A stretch of DNA of 55,134 nucleotides, counting the filler, from Diploschistes diacapsis (lineage: Eukaryota), in assembly GCA_023645945.1 (NCBI GenBank). It is 4 parts of 4 records of this genome, joined end to end, with 100 filler letters (N's around TTAATTAATTAA, not from the genome) between each part and the next. Parts side by side here need not be neighbours in the genome. Positions count along the whole stretch, not along the records: positions 41,467 to 55,134 come from JALAIB010000638.1; 3 more parts are not named here. One strand, 5' to 3'. A model generated the notes under the pieces. The model saw only the letters and a list, made by a program, of their open reading frames with translations, had not been told where the DNA came from and did no database searches. A program made the translations under genes and the position numbers. Position 1 is the first letter of the stretch. Each line of letters begins with the position of its first letter. This document shows, one piece after another, positions 50,360 through 55,134 of the stretch.

Positions 50360-52185
50360 TCACAGCTTGGAAGCTGGGGCGGCTGGTCCAACCGCTGTGA
50401 TTTCATCGTAGAGCAGCCTAGGTCTTATTAATATGGTGCTTAGACGAACGAAAACATAAAAGACTTACGATGTCAAGAACAGAGCATAGTCTTCTCCGGT
50501 GACCTGCCCGGCAAAGTATTGAGCAGCAAGGTGGAATTTGTTACCTTTCGGTGCTTTCGAAGCTAGATTATCGGCCTGCTCTTTCAGCAGCTTCTGGGCA
50601 TAAGCCTTGTCGATTTTCTTGCCCTCTGCTGTTGTAGCGCCATGCCGGCACCATTGCCAGAGTTGGCTTCGGCTGACTTCGGCGGTAGCAGCGTCTTCCA
50701 TAAGGAAATTGATCGGGACGCATCCGATACCTCGTAGCCATCCCTCCATATAGCCAAGACCAATATTTAGGTTTTTGCGGATGCCGTCCTCGGTGATAGT
50801 GCCTGAATTATTCATATTGAGCAAGTCATTAGCAGTGACGTGAACCTCCTCCCTTCGTACGAAAATCTGGTTTGGTGCGGGCATATGCTTGTCGAAAACT
50901 TCGGAAGCAATGGAGGCTAGAGCCGGGTGGGCAACCCATGTGCCGTCATGGCCTGCTCTGACTTCTCGAAGTTTATCAGCGTAGACACTATCCATGGCAG
51001 CATCATTTGCCTTCTTGTCGTCCTTGATTGGAATTTGCGCAGCCATTCCACCCTACCAAAGTTCAGTGCTGTGGTCTCTGCCAGAGCTCAAGGTCACTCA
51101 CCATGGCATGTACGCCTCGTCTGTGGCACGTTTTAATAAGAAGCCTAACATATGCATCCATGAACGGTACGGTCATCGTGATGGCCGAGCGATCCGGAAG
51201 CACAAAGTTCGGATTCTGTCGGAAAGTTTTGATTACGCTGAAGATGTAATCCCAGCGCCCACAATTCAGACCTGAGCTGTGCTCCCGTAGTTCGTAGATA
51301 ATCTAAGATCCAGGTCAGAGCTGAAACTAGCTTGAGCCATCAAACATACCTCATCCATTTCGAAAGCAGCCGGGATAGTCTCAATCAATACAGTACCTCT
51401 GATCGTACCTCTCCGCATACCAATATAGTCTTGCGCAACATTAAAGACATCGTTCCATAGGCGAGCTTCGAGATGTGATTCCATCTTGGGAAGGTAGAAA
51501 TATGGGCCAGTCCCTCGTTTGACAAGCTCGTGAGCATTGTTAAAGAAGTATAGCCCAAAGTCGAAGAGACCTCCAGAAATTGGCTCTCCGTCTACGGTGA
51601 AATGCTTCTCGTCCAGGTGCCATCCTCTAGCACGAGCAATTAGGGTTGGCAGAGTTCTGTCTGTCCGCAGCTTGTATTCCTTTCCGCCCTGATTGAAGTC
51701 CACTTGCTTGCGGATCGCATCATAGAGATTGATTTGACCGTTGACCATGTTCGCCCACGTGGGCGCACTCGAGTCTGTTTATAGGTGAGCGTAGTCCAGT
51801 CAGCAACGGGCTCGGTGAATTGACCTTCAAAATCAGCCATGTAGGTCCAGACATTGGAGTTCAGAGCATTGACAACCATCTTCCTGTCGGTTGGTCCTGT
51901 GATCTCAACCCTACGGTCGGCTAGGCCGGGAGCTGGTGGAGCTCCTTTCCACGCATCGTTCTCACGGACATGCTTAGTCTCGGGCAGGAAGTCAAGCAAC
52001 ACGCCCTTGTCAATCTCGGCTTGTCTGACCTGGCGCCTGTCCAGCAGATATCTGCGTCTCTTATCGAACGATCTGTGCAGGAGGGCAAGGAAAGCTATGC
52101 TGTCCTTGTTCAAAACCTTCTTGGCCTGCCCGTCGAGATGGTTATGAATGGCCACGCCGTTTAGGAAGGCCTCAGTATTTGCCAT
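50360..52185 (-). CDS. acuE: Malate synthase, glyoxysomal (PTS1 -SKL)
   Basis: Motifs [73 protein letters not shown] and [12 protein letters not shown]. Four introns. Ends ASKL-TGA. Confidence 0.97.
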
Positions 52186-52461
52186 TTCTTACAGTGTCTT
52201 TGTCGGGAATGCAGATTCCTGCTTTGTTGGGATGAAGGAAAAGATTTTGTATGAGAATATGGCACTGGCAAGATAGAGAGGGAAGTGGAGATGTTATAAC
52301 AGTACGTCAGTTTTGCACTTCTTCTGAAGAACCACTTGAGCTCAAAATGCGGAAAAACACGGAAAACAGATCTCTCTCTCTCTCTCTCTCTCTCCATGCC
52401 TTGTGTTTCCTCATCCCGACAGAGGGGTGGGTCGTAACAGCACCAGCGCTGGTAACATGTA

Positions 52462-52467
52462 CCTCGG
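52462..52467. promoter_or_regulatory. Candidate FarA/FarB site (CCTCGG) upstream of malate synthase
   Basis: CCTCGG about 280 bp upstream of the ATG. It matches the fatty-acid induction motif known for Aspergillus peroxisomal genes, but a single hexamer is weak evidence. Confidence 0.35.
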
Positions 52468-52870
52468 GCAGATGGAGCTCGAGATATTGAGAATAAGCAT
52501 GTGTGTGCGTAGCGAAGCAAAATGTGGTGGGGCCTAGTAGAGATTCCGCAACTCAAACGTCATACCCCCGTCTGGTAGGGCGAAGACTCACCCCATATAA
52601 ACCTGCAGAGAGAGAGGTATCTACAATACAGTATAGCACTGAAGGCGAAACAAAGTACTGGCTGAAGAATTTTTGTAGCAGGACCTGGATGTTCTCAACT
52701 ATCAGGTGCCACTTGGCTATTTCTTTTCCAACCCATCTTGAAGCCTACTTTTCGATTGTAATGCTCTCTGCCCTCGCTATACTATGAAGATAAGATATCA
52801 CATATAATAGATCGGCCCGAATCCAGACGGGCCTGGTCCAACGCTTATAGAAATTCGAAGCGCAGTTGGA

Positions 52871-53704
52871 CTAAATGCCTCCAATGCCGTGTTTCTGGTC
52901 GATAAGCTGGTAGCGCTCGAGCTGTTCTCGCTTCTTGATCATGGTTATTGTGCTCAAGAAGACCAAAGTGTCGACAGCTGGGACTATCAGTAAACCATAT
53001 GTCTAATCATACAAATTTGATGAGCGTACCAGCGAAGCCAAAGACGGCAGTGAATACGATATCCATAAACTGGTTCGCGTAGCCGCTGAAAGCATTCTCA
53101 CATGGACCCAGGCGAGCTGCATTCAGAGGGTCAGTGCACGTATCGTCCTTGATAAATGGCGGGGTGTTAAAGTCTGAGTAGCCGCAGCACTTGAACTATG
53201 AATCTAGTTAACAACCATCATTCCGAACTATGGTAGCCGAAGCAGACAGCACCTCTTCTTGGATAGATTGCTGCATTGCTGTCGTCTGCCTGGCGTAGGT
53301 GGCTCCCAAGGTTGTGCGCGTCTGTAAGGTATTGAACCAGATGATAAGGCCAATAACGAGACTGAGGATAGCGCAGACGATGACGAACAACGAATGAGCC
53401 CTTAAGAACTTGCGATCCTTCACAAATAAAACGCCAGGAACAGCAACGAGTGAGCTAATGAATATCAAAACTGCATTCGCGATAGCGCCTGTAACTTGTC
53501 AGTTTCCGCCCAGCTCGTTCTCTCTGGAAGCCTCTCACCTGTCAACGGGATAGTAGATAGCAGTAGGTTCGTGCCTGCGTCCAGAGGACCACTTTGCATT
53601 CCTGCCTTGGGCTGGAAAATTACACCTACAACTAGAAGCGCAATACCAGTAACCATGAAGAGGACCTGCAAGCCAAGAAACACGAAAAGCGTCTTGTTGG
53701 ACAT
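52871..53704 (-). CDS. PLS1: Fungal tetraspanin Pls1
   Basis: Four TM helices. EC2 loop with FKCCGY...TCT...GPC and conserved tail ERYQLIDQK. Three introns. TAG at 52871. Confidence 0.9.
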
Positions 53705-54149
53705 GATAGTGGCACCCTCAGCTCAGAATAGCTCAAAACAGCTCGGGAAAGCAGAGACCGACCTGACGACCTGCGTCAAGAGGTGAATGAACGAGCGACT
53801 TCAGTACGATAGTCGAAGCATCAACCATAAAATATTGTTTGTGGTCATCGCATCAATCAGCAGAAAGTAGGAGAATGGAAAGCAATGCGACTTTATTGTG
53901 AGAACAAATCGGCCAGCAAAGACATGAAGAGATGGACGGCTTTGCGGTGGGTTGATTTGGAGCTTCATGCGCTGGCATAGCGAAGCGCCCACGGACCGTT
54001 TCAGCGACGTATCAGAGCGCACAAAAGTCTGGCGCATAAACGAGGCTCAAAATATCCGAGACGCCGGCAAGATTTCCGAACGTTCCTAGTAACAGAATGA
54101 GGCCTTTGGTTGCTTACAGTGCTTCATGACGGGATTCATTCAAGGGCAG

Positions 54150-55057
54150 GTCTTATTCTGCCTACTGTACACAAAAATTACATGATAAGTACCATGGCTC
54201 TCAAGATACTTTCTCAGTCATACTAATTTGTATGCAGCCACAAGTATCTATGGAACTAGCCCTCTCTCCAGCCACATTTGTTTATTTAATGCATCCATTA
54301 CATGCTTTTTTTCTTGTTTTTGATCTTAACATTCTAATTTTTTTTAGATGCGATGGAGGCCTCGTTGTCTGCTCGCCCTGCTCGCCCTGCGGCCCTCCCT
54401 GCCGCCGCCGCGGCCACGTTCGATGTGGTCGCCGACAACGAGGGGTCTTGAAGACCTCATGCTCTACGACGCCCTCTCCGCCGCTCTGGGTCGTGGTGTT
54501 GCCCCCTCGCCCGTCCCGACGCCTGCTGCCTCGCCGCCCCCTGGCTCGCCTGCCCTCGCCGCTCTCGCCGAGCCTGCGCGGGCTCGGACACCCTTGCCGC
54601 CGCGGACATCCTTCCGATGACCGTGGCGGATTTTAACGCGCTTTGGCCCTGCGCTGCGAGTGAGCTCCATGGCCACCTACCACTACGACCGGACGCGGAA
54701 ATGGAGGAAAAACGGAGAGGAACATAATGGGCGGAGGAAGAGCACGATATAGAGGAGACTATAAGAAGTTTCAGAGCACGCTTTCAAGCTGCTTTTAAAG
54801 CACTTTAAACATCTTTTAATACTTTAGTATTTATTTTTTATTGCGATATGATCTTTATGGTTATAATAATAATTAAATTTTATTTATTTTACATCTAATT
54901 TTATATAGTTCTGCGTATTTCTGTAAGTGACATGCATTTGTATGTAAATTGTATAGAGATCTAAGTACCTGGCAGAGCCACAGCGAACTAGGCAGAATGC
55001 ATCACTAGGGCGCCACCAAATATATTACACAATTTTACAGTAGGCAGAATAAAAGAC
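54150..55057. mobile_element. Non-autonomous TIR DNA transposon relic (MULE-like), ~0.9 kb
   Basis: Perfect 17-bp inverted repeat TTATTCTGCCTACTGTA (54153-54169 vs 55036-55052), extending inward mostly with transition mismatches. GC-rich coding-like core 54348-54720 between AT-rich arms. Confidence 0.65.
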
Positions 55058-55134
55058 AAGCCCGGATATTGAGGTCAGCAGTAGTGAAAAGTGAGGGGAA
55101 CAAACTAATAGTTTCGGAAAACCTCGGCAGGAGT

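Noticed and set aside
1032..52185. Regulatory cluster linking the Adr1/AmdX-like TF with malate synthase
   Set aside because: They are on different contigs joined artificially.
1..55134. CRISPR arrays, tRNA, rRNA and prokaryotic defence systems
   Set aside because: The DNA is eukaryotic and intron-containing. No repeat-spacer array, cloverleaf or rRNA motif was recognised by eye. Small ncRNAs cannot be excluded without Infernal or tRNAscan.

Overview
Fungal (Pezizomycotina ascomycete) nuclear DNA with short GT-AG introns. The window is not one locus. It is four separate contigs (1-13757, 13858-27590, 27691-41366, 41467-55134) joined by artificial N44-TTAATTAATTAA-N44 linkers in descending length order, so no synteny can be read across the joins. 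Contig 1 has an Adr1/AmdX-type C2H2 + fungal-specific-domain transcription factor, a fungal HNH-nuclease gene and an F-box protein. Contig 2 has a SUR7/PalI membrane protein, two sugar porters (one Lac12/CDT-like), a decayed GH3 glycosidase and nested, RIP-like eroded transposon ends. Contig 3 has a secreted FAD oxidoreductase, a DHA2 efflux pump, a MetX-like hydrolase, a Bys1 protein, an InhA-like DJ-1/PfpI protein and a small secreted repeat protein. Contig 4 has the chitin-synthase activator Chs4/Skt5, CBP4, an orphan gene, peroxisomal malate synthase, tetraspanin Pls1 and a ~0.9 kb TIR-bounded non-autonomous element. I found no unambiguous new system. The best leads are the HNH gene, a possible isonitrile/xenobiotic-detox grouping, a Crz1-type site array, the decaying sugar cluster and the transposon remnants. 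All family calls come from recognising motifs by eye, not from database searches.
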